A DNA stretch of 64,000 bases from Eledone cirrhosa (lineage: Eukaryota). Made by a program: the position numbers and the translations under genes. The stretch lies in contig OZ024742.1 in NCBI GenBank assembly GCA_964016885.1, positions 7,750,001 to 7,814,000 on the forward strand, given 5' to 3'. Below are positions 14,130 to 27,800 of this stretch, one piece after another; positions within the stretch are counted from its first letter, which is position 1, and every line of letters starts with the position of its first letter. Below the pieces are notes generated by a model. That model was not told where the DNA came from. It was given only the letters and a program-made list of their open reading frames with translations, and ran no database searches.

Positions 14130-14426
14130 AAGAATGAAGAGTAACATGTTTGGCTTTATTTCAAGTATTGAAAATTGTTTCATTGATCAGGTGAATCTAG
14201 ATTGTCGCTAATCGCTTGAAGTTGCGTCATCGATCTCCTTTACATGATTAACCTCTGATCAACACATCAGAATACGAAGATATTTAGGTAACTAATGTAA
14301 TGGAGATCGAGTGACGCAACTTCAAGCGATTAGCGACCTCTAGACTCACCTGATCAATGAAACAATTGTCAATACCTGGAATAAAGCCTCTTGTACAGCC
14401 AAACATGTTACTCTTCAATCTTTCTA
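14126..14426. repeat. Imperfect fold-back insertion next to (TA)n
   Basis: Arms 14128-14245 / 14294-14425 with a ~45-nt loop. Confidence 0.75.
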
Positions 14427-14597
14427 TTATTACTCTAAGTATAACCTGCATAGGAAATACCGCGAACTCGTTACCTAACTATGGATACATCTTGTTGTGT
14501 TAAACAAAACCGTACGTTAAAACTATCCACGACACAGAGTACACACAACCTCTAACTGGATTACCTATAACGATAACTTGTTACCCCATATATATAT

Positions 14598-14783
14598 AAC
14601 GAGGGAATTGTGGTAAGGAATCAGGTGGACCATAGCGTACCAGAGTACTCAATACTTAGGGTAGTAGTATGGGTGTTAGGAAAAGGTATGACCACGACGG
14701 CAGAGCTTAAGCCGTTTTGACGGCTATTTCAGGACTGAAATAGCTGTCGAAACGGCTTGAGCTCTGCCGTCGGGGTCATACAT

Positions 14784-14790
<7 letters not shown>
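14598..14790. mobile_element. Family B fold-back insertion
   Basis: Hairpin centred on ctatttcaggactgaaatag; flanked by TA repeats. Confidence 0.7.
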
Positions 14791-14850
<60 letters not shown>

Positions 14851-14857
<7 letters not shown>

Positions 14858-15100
14858 ACTAGAAATTGACTAACATAAATATATACATGAATAATCACAG
14901 GAGATAATTTTTACAAGCGTGTAGCCACGCATGGCTAGTTGGGTAACAAATAAATATATACCTTTAAGTATGATTAATCATACTTAAAGGTATATATTTA
15001 TTTGTTACCCAACTAGCCATGCGTGGTTACACGCTTGTAAAAATTACCTCCTGTGATTATTCATGTATATATATATGTTAATCAATTTCTAGTTATTATA
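14851..15100. repeat. 250-bp near-perfect palindrome with no spacer
   Basis: Centre tgattaatca at 14971-14980; arms of 125 bp. Confidence 0.9.
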
Positions 15101-15249
15101 AAATGCTCGGACATATCTTTGAGCTTATTTCCAGGCGATATGGCGCACGCCTTTATGGCATGACACCCACAATTTCGATTTGGATTAAATTCATTTAATT
15201 TATCTTAATTTTGGATATATATATATATATATATATATATTTATTTATT

Positions 15250-15990
15250 TATTAAAATGACAGATTAAAGTTTAAGCAAAAAATCGCTGCTTTCACCCTT
15301 AACGGGATCTTCTGAAACTAACAAAGTCAATCTGTAAACACAGAAGTGGATATTTCAAAAAACGTTGCAACTTCATGTTTTGGTTGACGTTCCTCTCCGA
15401 ACATGTGTGTATTTATATGTAGGTATGTGCGTGCGCTTGTGATATACGTATTTATTTATTTATATACTTATTTATTTGTATAAACGCACACACACACACA
15501 TTTATTTAATTTCAATTACCTCTGTATTGTATTTTATTTACTTTATTCTTTACTCTGAAGCGGAGAATCATTCGGTTTCCTAGTTAGAATTTTAGTCTAC
15601 GACTTCAGCTATACCATTTACGTGGTTTTGTCTTTGCGTGCAATTGCTCTCCACGCTCCACATATGACGTATTATCTTCGTTTTTTCCGTTCATTGCCAG
15701 AGAACGTCTCTATGAACCACCTAAGAGAACATTAGTCTACGACTTCTTTTATACCAAAAACGTGGTTCTGTCTTTGCGTGTAATTGTTTTTCACCGCTCC
15801 AAATAATAACGTATTATATTCGTTTTTTTCCCGTTCTTTGCCAGGGAACGTTTCACGAACCAAAGTATCGTCTTCCTGTCTTCCTCCAGTTGCAACGTTT
15901 TTTGAAATATCCACTTCTGCGTTTACAGATTGACTTTGTTAGTTTCAGAAGATCCCGTTAAGGGTGAAAGCAACGATTCTTTGCTTTAAT
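15250..15990. mobile_element. Family I element with terminal inverted arms and HHR-like variants
   Basis: Arms 15270-15371 / 15889-15986; HHR topology agttt-CAGAAGA-tccc gttaa gggt-GAAA-gca..tgc-TT-aaact at 15269-15319 (minus); homologous to 29437-30645. Confidence 0.65.
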
Positions 15991-16267
15991 GTGTTATTTT
16001 AATAAATATTTGCTCTACGGTTTTTATATATTTGATATATATTTATCCTTATCGAGACCTCTTTCGATTTTAGTCTTCAAATTTATTATTATTACTATAT
16101 ATATATATATATATATATATAAATATTTAGGTTTGTTGGTTCACCACTGGATAGAACTGGTCATTCCGTATGGACAATCTCGATGTAATATTATGGAGAG
16201 CACTCACCGTAATGCAACTTACCCGTCTTCGTTTGTGTAGTTGGTGGTGCGAGTACGGAGTTAATTA

Positions 16268-16507
16268 TTATAAAATAACAGGAAGCTGGACTGGTGTAAA
16301 TACTTGAAAGGTTTATTATACTATGATCATTTCAATAACCGGGCTCAGTATGAATCCGGTGACATCTTCAGGTATTCAAAATCCTTTGTTATATTTTGAA
16401 TACCTGATGATGCCAACGGATTTATACTGAGCCCGGTCATTGAAATGATCATAGTATAATAAACCTTTCAAGGATTTACACCAGCCCAGCCTCCTGTTAT
16501 TTTATAA
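16268..16507. mobile_element. Fold-back pLTR-like insertion with an HHR on both arms
   Basis: Arms 16268-16382 / 16394-16507. Confidence 0.8.
16400..16457 (+). ncRNA. Minimal type I hammerhead ribozyme (mirror copy 16318-16375, minus strand)
   Basis: atac-CTGATGA-...-GAAA-tgatca-TA-gtat; palindromic loop III. Confidence 0.7.
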
Positions 16508-16532
16508 TATATATATCTATATATATATCTAT

Positions 16533-17945
16533 ATAAACGGAAAAAATGATACGAGATTTCATTTCTCACTTTAGTACGGTTGTTACATAAATATAAGTAT
16601 GTATACGTACATACATATATGTATACAGACGTACAGTAGTATGTATATATATACATACATGCACACATATATATATATGTACGTATGGATTCACCGAACA
16701 TTTATTATAATGCTCGGTGTGTTTGTAAACAAACATCCCGTATTAAGCCGTACAGTGTCTAGCAACCATCGTTGCTCATTTGTTCAACACTGACAATGGA
16801 ACGCTGTACTAGTTTCAAGCTTATTAGCTATCGTCAGCAACGTATACCTTCCTGCCAGATGGTTGAACGTCTGAAAGTATATACTTTCCTTATGCATATT
16901 AACGGCTGACCAGCCTAATTTGCATATCGAGTGAGTTAATCGGCCGGGGTACCGAAAACGATAAACGGAAATAAATGAAACGAAATTTCATTTCTCACTT
17001 TAGTAAGGCTGTTACTTAAATATAAGTATGTATACGTACATACATATATGTATACAGACGTACAGAAGTATGTATATATATACATACATGCACACATATA
17101 TATATGTATGTATGGATTCACCGAACATTTATTATAATGCTCGGTGTCTTTGTAAACAAACATTCCGAATTAAGCCGTACGGTGTCTAGCAACCATGGTT
17201 GCTCATTTGTTCAACACTGACAAAGGAACGCTGTACTAGTTTCAAGCTTATTAGCTATCGTCAGCAACGTATACCTTCCTGCCAGATGGTTGAACGTCTG
17301 AAAGTATATACTTTCCTTATGCATATTAACGGCTGAGCAGCCTAATTTGCATATCGAGTGAGTTAATCGACTGGAGTACCGAAAACGATAAACGGAAAAA
17401 ATGAAACGAAATTTCATTTCTCACTTTAGTACGACTGTTACTTAAATATAAGTATGTATACGTACATACATATATGTACACAGACGTACAGTAGTATGTA
17501 TATATATACATACATGCACACACATATATATATATGTACGTATGGATTCACCGAACATTTATTATAATGCTCGGTGTGTTTGTAAACAAACATCCCGAAT
17601 TAAGCCGTACAGTGTCTAGCAACAATCGTTGCTCATTTGTTCAACACTGACAAAGGAACGCTGTACTAGTTTCAAGCTTATTAGCTATCGTCAGCAACGT
17701 ATACCTTCCTGCCAGATGGTTGAACGACTGAAAGTATATACGTTCCTTTGTCAATGTTGAACAAATGAGCAACGATGGTTGATAGACACTGTACAGCTTA
17801 ATTCGGGCTGTTTGTTTACAAACACACCGAGCATCATAATAAATGTTCGGTGAATCCATACGTACATATATATATATATGTGTGCATGTATGTATATATA
17901 TACATACTACTGTACGTCTGTATACATATATGTATGTATGTATAC

Positions 17946-17950
<5 letters not shown>
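16533..17950 (-). mobile_element. Tandem array of ~428-bp HHR-containing units (retrozyme-like) plus an inverted partial unit
   Basis: Units start ~16535, 16963 and 17391; HHR on the minus strand at 16802-16842, 17229-17269 and 17659-17699; inversion from 17741. Confidence 0.8.
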
Positions 17951-18013
<63 letters not shown>

Positions 18014-18027
18014 ATCTCTCTCTCTCT

Positions 18028-18062
<35 letters not shown>

Positions 18063-18479
18063 CTACATATTATCATAACCACACTTGGCTATGAAGCAAA
18101 AAATCTGAGTAAAACCCTAAAATTCCTGATTTGTCTTGAAGAAAGAAATCTTTAAAGTGAATTATCTCATCTGTACCTAATTATTTAATGATACAGTGTT
18201 AACCTCTAACCCATTCCAAAGATTCTTCGTTTGAATTTCTTGAAATGAATAATTACATGCATTCACAGAGAATACAGAAACACATACATAAGGAGCAACC
18301 ATTCACACGCCCACATACACACACATAAACTAATGAAAGCTGTATAATTATAGCATCAACATATACACACACTTTAGATATGTCACATAGTCACGAATCC
18401 TTGCAACTGATTGAAACAAATACTTGACACTTAGTGACCATCTTGACTTCCCTTATTTAGTTGGTCTTCCATTGATATA

Positions 18480-18950
18480 AGCCGTGTCCTTCTGACGATG
18501 TAAGAAAATACTGTATAAGTCGGCAAGTTAACGATGCTGCCTGATCCAACGACTCCCACATTAATTAATATCGTCTAACCAAAGCTTAACAAATGAAATA
18601 ACACACTGCCTTCTCCAAGTCATTTACAAAACTCACTCTTTTATCTTATATTGGAACACAAAACAAATAGATTTGATAGGCAGCAAGATAACAAATATGC
18701 TGGCAGACATGAACCACTCTTTGCGATGGTGGAATGACGGAAGCTTGCCTTATATGGTCAGGTATCTCGCCACAACTGTTTGTATAAAATCATACTTCAG
18801 AGCACAGGCGAGGGAGGACAAAGTAGAGGCAGACAAAGAAATTCCTGGTCTGACAACATCAAAGATTCGACTGGTCAATAGACCGAGATCCTTCTATATA
18901 CGACGGAGGATAGGGGCCGAACAGTGGCGACGGCTGACTACGAAATAAGC
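18480..18950 (+). mobile_element. Decayed LINE (RTE-like) 3' fragment
   Basis: Frameshifted remnants of GH..R...K.IL.G...G..SRGR.R..W.DNIK motifs; boundaries approximate. Confidence 0.5.
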
Positions 18951-18955
18951 TAAAG

Positions 18956-21442
18956 CGGCACCCAGCGACTGGCTGTACCAGTGGTACATCTATAGTGGCA
19001 CCCCAGCAACTGGCTGTACCAGTGGTACATCTATAGTGGCACCCCAGCAACTGGCTGTACCAGTGGCACATCTAGAGTGACACCCCAACTACTGGCTGTA
19101 CCAGTGGTACATCTATAATGGCACCCCAGCAACTGGCTGTACCAGTGGCACATCTAGAGTGACACCCCAACGACTGGCTGTACCAGTGGCACATCTAGAG
19201 TAGCACCCCAGCGACTGGCTGTACCAGTGGCACATCTATAGTGGCACCCCAGCAACTGGCTGTACCAGTGGCACATCTAGAGTAGCACCCCAGCGACTGG
19301 CTCTACCAGTGGCACATCTAGAGTGACACCCCAGCAACTGGCTGTACCAGTGGCACATCTAGAGTGACACCCCAGCGACTGGCTGTACCAGTGGCACATC
19401 TAGAGTGGCACCACAACGACTGGCTGTACCAGTGGCACATCTAGAGTGACACCACAACGACTGGCTGTACCAGTGGCACATCTATAGTGGCACCCCAGCG
19501 ACTGACTCTACCAGTGGAACATCTAGAGTGACACCCCAGCGACTGGCTGTACCAGTGGCACATCTAGAGTGACACCCCAGCAACTGGCTGTACCAGTGGC
19601 ACATCTAGAGTGACACCCCAGCGACTGGCTGTACCAGTGGCACATCTATAGTGGCACCCCAGCAACTGGCTGTACCAGTGGCACATCTAGAGTGACACTC
19701 CAGCGACTGGCTGTACCAGTGGCACATCTAGAGTGACACCCCAGCGACTGGCTGTACCAGTGGCACATCTATAGTGGCACCCCAGCGACTGGCTGTACCA
19801 GTGGCACATCTAGAGTAGCACCCCAGCGACTGGCTGTACCAGTGGCACATCTAGAGTGGCACCCCAGCAACTGGCTGTACCAGTGGCACATCTATAGTGG
19901 CACCCCAGCAACTGGCTGTACCAGTGGCACATCTAGAGTGGCACCCCAGCAACTGGCTGTACCAGTGGCACATCTAGAGTAGCACCCCAGCGACTGGCTC
20001 TACCAGTGGCACATCTATAGTGGCACCCCTGCAACTGGCTGTACCAGTGGCACATCTAGAGTAGCACCCCAGCGACTGGCTGTACCAGTGGCACATCTAG
20101 AGTGACATCTCAACGACTGGATGCACCAGTGACACATCTAAAGTGACACCCCAGCGACTGGCTGTACCAGTGGCACATCTAGAGTAGCACCCCAGCGACT
20201 GGCTGTACCAGTGGCACATCTAGAGTGACATCTCAACGACTGGATGCACCAGTGACACATCTAAAGTGACACCCCAGCGACTGGCTGTACCAGTGGTACA
20301 TCTAGAGTAGCACCCCACCGACTGGCTGTACCAGTGGCACATCTAGAGTGGCACCCCAGCGACTGGCTGTTCCAGTGGTACATCTAGAGTGACATCCCAA
20401 CGACTGGCTCTACCAGTGGCACATCTATAGTGGCACCCCAGCAACTGGCTGTACCAGTGGCACATCTAGAGTGGCACCCCAGCAACTGGCTGTACCAGTG
20501 GCACATCTAGAGTAGCACCCCAGCGACTGGCTCTACCAGTGGCACATCTATAGTGGCACCCCAGCAACTGGCTGTACCAGTGGCACATCTAGAGTAGCAC
20601 CCCAGCGACTGGCTGTACCAGTGGCACATCTAGAGTGACATCTCAACGACTGGATGCACCAGTGACACATCTAAAGTGACACCCCAGCGACTGGCTGTAC
20701 CAGTGGCACATCTAGAGTAGCACCCCAGCGACTGGCTGTACCAGTGGCACATCTAGAGTGACATCTCAACGACTGGATGCACCAGTGACACATCTAAAGT
20801 GACACCCCAGCGACTGGCTGTACCAGTGGTACATCTAGAGTAGCACCCCACCGACTGGCTGTACCAGTGGCACATCTAGAGTGGCACCCCAGCGACTGGC
20901 TGTTCCAGTGGTACATCTAGAGTGACATCCCAACGACTGGCTCTACCAGTGGCACATCTAGAGTGGCACCCCAGCGACTGGCTGTTCCAGTGGTACATCT
21001 AGAGTGACATCCCAACGACTGGCTCTACCAGTGACACATCTAAAGTGACACCCCAGCGACTGGCTGTAGCAGTGGCACATGTATAGTGGCACCCCAGCGA
21101 CTGGCTGTTCCAGTGGCACATCTAGAGTGACACCCCAGCGACTGGCTGTACCAGTGGCACATCTAGAGTGACACCCCAGCGACTGGCTGTACCAGTGGCA
21201 CATCTAAAGTGACACCCCAGCGACTGGCTGTACCAGTGGCACATCTAGAGTGACACCCCAACGACTGGCTGTACCAGTGGCACATCTAAAGTGACACCCC
21301 AGCGACTGGCTGTACCAGTGGCACATCTAAAGTGACACCCCAGCGACTGGCTGTACCAGTGGCACATCTAAAGTGACACCCCAGCGACTGGCTGTACCAG
21401 TGGCACATCTAAAGTGACACCCCAGCGACTGGCTGTTCCAGT
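18956..21442. repeat. 41-bp GC-rich minisatellite, ~60 copies, with higher-order structure
   Basis: Unit tctagagtgacaccccagcgactggctgtaccagtggcaca. Confidence 0.95.
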
Positions 21443-21862
21443 TGCGGAAACATGAATAATTGATTATATGTATTTATGTAAGTAGCCGTAAATTATATTG
21501 GAGTCATAGGTTTACTGTGTTGCCATACGCCACATTCCACTTCTGGACAGAACACAGCTAATTTCTTCCAGAGAATGAAAGAGAGAGAGAGTGATGAAGA
21601 AGAAAGGTGAAAGAGATATAAGTCGACCCTAGTGATGGACTGCTAATGTTTTTGTTGATATCAAAATGATGAAAGGCAAAATTGAGCGCGGTGAGATTTG
21701 AACTCAGAAAGTTAGATCCTGCTAATTCATGGCCAACATGTTGCCTTAAATAACACATGTGGCCGATTATGTGAGACATCAACTTTGAGAACATATAATG
21801 TATTTTAGTAGTTTGATTACACTTCTCTGACTCCAATATATATATTATATATATATATATTG

Positions 21863-21909
<47 letters not shown>

Positions 21910-22499
21910 TATATATATATATATATATTGTTATACTTGGGGAGGGTCATATTTGTGTAATATTGCCAGAATTAATAACAGAACACACTCACTGTTTGGT
22001 TGGTTTTCGCTTCTCGCTGTCTTTTATATCTGCGATGTAACTTACTCGGTCCTCAATGTTGCCATTGACTGACCGACGGTCAAAAATAATACAGATACAA
22101 TATAGACACAAACACATATATATAGTTTACATAATTTACATAAATCTTTCGTTGCACATCTGCAACATCGTCAATGGTGTTATATTTTTCTTTTCCTCCT
22201 GTTGTGTTGTATGTCTGCGCCATTTTTTATTCAGTCTGTCTATATATTTTTTTTTTATTTATTTGCTTGTTTGTTTATTTTATTTTGTCTTCTTTGCGCA
22301 TGCGTTTGCGTGTGTGTACAGTGTTGTGTGTGCTGTGTGACTAGTGTGTATAGTGTTGTGTCTGCTGGGTGACTAGTGTGTGTTTATGTGCTTGTTGTTA
22401 TTGTGCTTGTGTATGTATTTATTTATCTTATTTTATTTTATTTTATTTATTTACTTATTTATACTTCTCTTATGTCAGTGTTGTTTGTTTGGGTGTTGT

Positions 22500-24250
22500 T
22501 GTTGTTCCACTCATTCTTTCTGTTTAGCTTTGGTCTTCTAATTTCTATTTCACTGGCCTCTCTGATTTGCCTATCTGCTGGGTCATTCCTATGTTTAGAT
22601 ATTATTCTAATTTCTATGTTGTCTATGTTACCGTCATGTTGTTGTCTAGCATGTTCGTATAGTACTGACCCGTCTTTTCGTCCTTTTAGTTCCCCCAGTG
22701 TTGGTCTATCCTTTCGCCTATGCTACGAGCTGTCTCACCTATGTATGTTGTTGTCATGTTTCTGCAAGTACCCTCTGTAGATCTTATGCTATAGACTACG
22801 TTTCTAGTTTTACAGTTTATCCGGGGGTTCACCTTACATATGATACATTTCCTATTGGTATAGTGGGTTTTCTTAAAAGGGTAGGTTTTGCTGATCAGGG
22901 ATTTTATGGTGGTTCCTGGCTTTTCTACCACCTTTATTTTTAAGTGGGTCTTTCTCAGGGCCTTTCTACACTGGTTAGCTAATTTCCCTCCAGGGGTGGC
23001 GTCCACAAACATGACACTCTGATATCTCTGGTTGTCGTATCATGATGTGGCCCTCCCTATCTTATGTCTAGCCCTATCTAAGCTATTCCATGATTTTCTC
23101 CTGTATAGTGGGCAAATTCCTTTCATGTCCAGTTCTATGAGGGTCTTATACTTTTCCATGGCTCCTTCGTATACTCTGACTCTGTCTCTTTGGTTGTAGC
23201 CAGAGAACTGCATGCGGTTGATGAAGTGTTGGATGTGTCTTTCCATTTCTGTTGGGTCGCACATGCCGGACACATTCTTCATCACTCGTACCAAATCTGC
23301 GATCAGAATATTAAACTTAGCACTACTGGACATTGCTGAGTTTTTGAGTATCAGGTATTTGGAGGCCATGGGTTTAGCATAGTGTGAGTGGAGAATTTGG
23401 GCTCTCTCGTCTATAGTGTTAATCCAGAGTTCTGTGTCTAATACAGGTAGTCTATTGTTAGGGTGTTTGGAAAGGAAGTCTATAGTTACAGTTATACTCT
23501 GGTGTATGGAATTAGCTATCTGCTGGATGCTTTCCATCGTGCTACGTTCTAAATCAAACTTGTTAGTGCTCTCCAGTGGGGGTGTTCTTATAACTATATT
23601 GATATCGTCTACATAACGAGAGTACATGATGAGGTCTATGGAGCTTTCATTAAGGAGATCTTTAAGTCTCCTTTCCCACCATACCATGAAAAGGTTGGCA
23701 ACATCACCAGCTATGCTGACGCCGATGGCCGCTCCCTCATTTTGGGTGTAGATTTTCTCATTGAACTTAAATATGTGGCCCTTTAGGGTAGTTTTGATAC
23801 TAGCACCTATTGCATGTGCGACCATTTTTCTTACCTGATCAGTGTTTTGGGGGGTCCGTATAGCTTTGGTCCACCCAATCCACCTTCCTATGGGAGTCTT
23901 TTTAGCCATTGAGGTTATGGTGGGGGGTCTACCTCTTATAGGTCTACTAGGGCAGAAACATCTAAGGTCATGGCTGTCTAGGTAGTCAGTGTCGTAGGTA
24001 AGTCTAAGTAGGAGGCCCAGTTCGTCTGTGTCGACGTCGCAGAACTCCACCTCACTCTCAATGATCATCTCCACACATCTTTTCACAGCAAAATCAATGT
24101 TAATGGATGGGTACAGTGACACCACATCCATGCTGCCTATTATGCAGTTGGATAGGCTCCTGTTTTTGTTGCACTCACTGATTCTGCTGAGGAGGTCCTC
24201 TGTACTTTCACATACATCTGGGGACATCTTGATTATGGGGCGTATAACCA
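22500..24250 (-). pseudogene. Inverted, 5'-truncated PLE RT/GIY-YIG copy
   Basis: ORFs 23040-24251 and 22686-23012, nearly identical to the plus-strand copy. Confidence 0.9.
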
Positions 24251-27200
24251 AACTAATTCATCGCCGCTACGGCATTAGCTTGTGCCAAGCTGAAAGGTTA
24301 CTGAAAGACACTGTTTTCTGTTATATAAAAACTACAATAACAACAGAACAAATCCGCTTCTTAAAACACTGTGTTTCCTCCAAAACATACACAACAAACA
24401 TATCAAAACAAGTAAATAATTTATTATTGAACAAAACACAAGCCGGACGACTAAAACACATAATAACAGTTAATATGAAAAGAACAACATACACAAAAGT
24501 CAACGCACTCTACAAACAGAAACGCATTAACGGTAAGGAAATCCGAAATCTCATCACACCAAACGAGAGAGATAACTTCATGAGCGCCATCCGACGTGAA
24601 ACGAAATACGCTCAAAACGAATGCAATAGGCATTTCAAGAAGAAATTAGAATGGATGAATAAGAAAAAACTACAAGAAAGGAAAACCGAATATTCTCAGA
24701 AATACCCAGATAACATCGACAATATCCGTATGACTGATGTAAAACTACCGGAAGAATTTACCAATGACCACACAGTAAATATCTATGGGAACACTTTCAT
24801 CAGCGAACAAGAACAACAAATCCTACGGTTACCACCAAAATTTGCCATCTACAAAAAGATTCACCCTATGGAGTGCAAAACGGAGCTGGAAAAGTGTTTC
24901 ACAAAAATACGTTGGAATGCAAAGGTAAACAACAACAACAATAATAACGGTAGTAGTAATATAAACAATAACTCTGGGTATAGAAATAACAGCCATAACC
25001 ATAACAATGGCAGGAAAGTGAGAAATAGTGATAATGGCAATAATACTAGCGATAGACGGAACAACAACAACCACAATAATAATAATAATAGAAACGTTAA
25101 CCACAGACACAGCAACAGTGACCACAGTAGTAATAACGGTAACAATACGAACAACAACAACAATAACCACAGTGGTAATAATGGAAATAGTACATGTAGC
25201 AACATCAACAAAAACAAGAAACATAATAATAGTAACAACCACAATGGTAGAAATAACAGTAACAACAACAACAATAACGGTGAAGTAAACAACAATACAT
25301 CTAGCAATCATAACAATAATAATAATGCTAATGATAGAAACAACAACAACCACCATGATAACAATAATAGCAACACACACAACTATGACGATAGATATAA
25401 TGACAACCCCTTGGAGAAACTATTTTTCAACCCAGCTGACAAAACATATAAGATGGGTAATATCTATCCTACGAGGTTACCCTTTAATAAAAGAGTTTGC
25501 ATACCACAGCAAATAGATGACGAGACGGAGGCACAGTTCACCATAGCTAGAAATAAGATTAGACAAGTAGTAGACAGGTATACTAAGAGACAGAGCAGAC
25601 CAGAGGCCCAACAACTTGGGAGAAAACCTGTAGAAGGCTTGGTTAGCCTCAAGCAGCGCACAAGGGATGGTGAGGTAGTGTGTCTACCCACAGATAAGTC
25701 TGGTAGGATGTCAATAGATAGCATGCCGAACTACATCGAGGCTATGCAACCCCACATCACCAACACGAGCGAAGTTGCACAACAAACACACGAGGGAAAA
25801 AATCCTCAACGCTCACATGATGATGTGGACTGACATCCTAAAGCCAAGCAGACGCACTGTCAACAACTTCCAGGCGTCTAACAATGGCATACCACCCTTG
25901 TATGGGCTCCGCAAAGACCACATGACAGTCAACGACCCAACAACAGGACCACCAACAAGACCCGTATGCGGAGCTAATATAGCTAGCAACTACAGGATCT
26001 CCTACTTCCTCTCAATGGTTATACGCCCCATAATCAAGATGTCCCCAGATGTATGTGAAAGTACAGAGGACCTCCTCAGCAGAATCAGTGACTGCAACAA
26101 AAACAGGAGCCTATCCAACTGCATAATAGGCAGCATGGATGTTGTGTCACTGTACCCATCCATTAACATTGATTTTGCTGTGAAAAGATGTGTGGAGATG
26201 ATCATTGAGAGTGAGGTGGAGTTCTGCGACGTCGACACAGACGAACTGGGCCTCCTACTTAGACTTACCTACGACACTGACTACCTAGACAGCCATGACC
26301 TTAGATGTTTCTGCCCTAGTAGACCTATAAGAGGTAGACCCCCCACCATAACCTCAATGGCTAAAAGGACTCCCATAGGAAGGTGGATTGGGTGGACCAA
26401 AGCTATACGGACCCCCCAAAACACTGATCAGGTAAGAAAAATGGCCGCACATGCAATAGGTGCTAGTATCAAAACTACCCTAAAGGGCCACATATTTAAG
26501 TTCAATGAGAAAATCTACACCCAAAATGAGGGAGCGGCCATCGGCGTCAGCATAGCTGGTGATGTTGCCAACCTTTTCATGGTATGGTGGGAAAGGAGAC
26601 TTAAAGATCTCCTTAATGAAAGCTCCATAGACCTCATCATGTACTCTCGTTATGTAGACGATATCAATATAGTTATAAGAACACCCCCACTAGAGAGCAC
26701 TAACAAGTTTGATTTAGAACGTAGCACGATGGAAAGCATCCAGCAGATAGCTAATTCCATACACCAGAGTATAACTGTAACTATAGACTTCCTTTCCAAA
26801 CACCCTAACAATAGACTACCTGTATTAGACACAGAACTCTGGATTAACACTATAGACGAGAGAGCCCAAATTCTCCACTCACACTATGCTAAACCCATGG
26901 CCTCCAAATACCTGATACTCAAAAACTCAGCAATGTCCAGTAGTGCTAAGTTTAATATTCTGATCGCAGATTTGGTACCAGTGATGAAGAATGTGTCCGG
27001 CATGTGCGACCCAACAGAAATGGAAAGACACATCCAACACTTCATCAACCGCATGCAGTTCTCTGGCTACAACCAAAGAGACAGAGTCAGAGTATACGAA
27101 GGAGCCATGGAAAAGTATAAGACCCTCATAGAACTGGACATGAAAGGAATTTGCCCACTATACAGGAGAAAATCATGGAATAGCTTAGATAGGGCTAGAC

Positions 27201-27800
27201 ATAAGATAGGGAAGGCCACATCATGATACGACAACCAGAGATATCAGAGTGTCATGTTTGTGGACGCCACCCCTGGAGGGAAATTAGCTAACCAGTGTAA
27301 AAAGGCCCTGAGAAAGACCCACTTAAAAATGAAGGTGGTAGAAAAGCCAGGAACCACCATAAAATCCCTGATCAGCAAAACCTACCCTTTTAAGAAAACC
27401 CACTATACCAATAGGAAATGTATCATATGTAAGGTGAACCCCCGGATAAACTGTAAAACTAGAAACGTAGTCTATAGCATAAGATCTACAGAGGGTACTT
27501 GCAGAAACATGACAACAACATACATAGGTGAGACAGCTCGTAGCATAGGCGAAAGGATAGACCAACACTGGGGGAACTAAAAGGACGAAAAAACGGGTCA
27601 GTACTATACGAACATGCTAGACAACAACATGACGGTAACATAGACAACATAGAAATTAGAATAATATCTAAACATAGGAATGACCCAGCAGATAGGCAAA
27701 TCAGAGAGGCCAGTGAAATAGAAATTAGAAGACCAAAGCTAAACAGAAAGAATGAGTGGAACAACAACAACACCCAAACAAACAACACTGACCTAAGAGA
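24250..27800 (+). pseudogene. PLE RT + GIY-YIG endonuclease ORF, disrupted
   Basis: Frameshift near 25790, TGA at 27224-27226, frameshift near 27572; C-terminus continues SVLYEHARQQH..RQIREASEI..LNRKNEW; Asn-rich insert ~24930-25400. Confidence 0.9.

Noticed and set aside
14345-14380. ctgatca-at-gaaacaattgtc as an HHR
   Set aside because: No stem II and no convincing stem I
18956-21442. CRISPR-like array
   Set aside because: Contiguous units with no unique spacers; eukaryotic context
24028-24249. N-terminal 74 aa of the 601-aa ORF
   Set aside because: Antisense reading of the inverted arm; real PLE coding resumes at 24250
27224-27226. In-frame TGA as selenocysteine
   Set aside because: The context suggests a Trp position (WY), other frameshifts exist, and no SECIS could be identified
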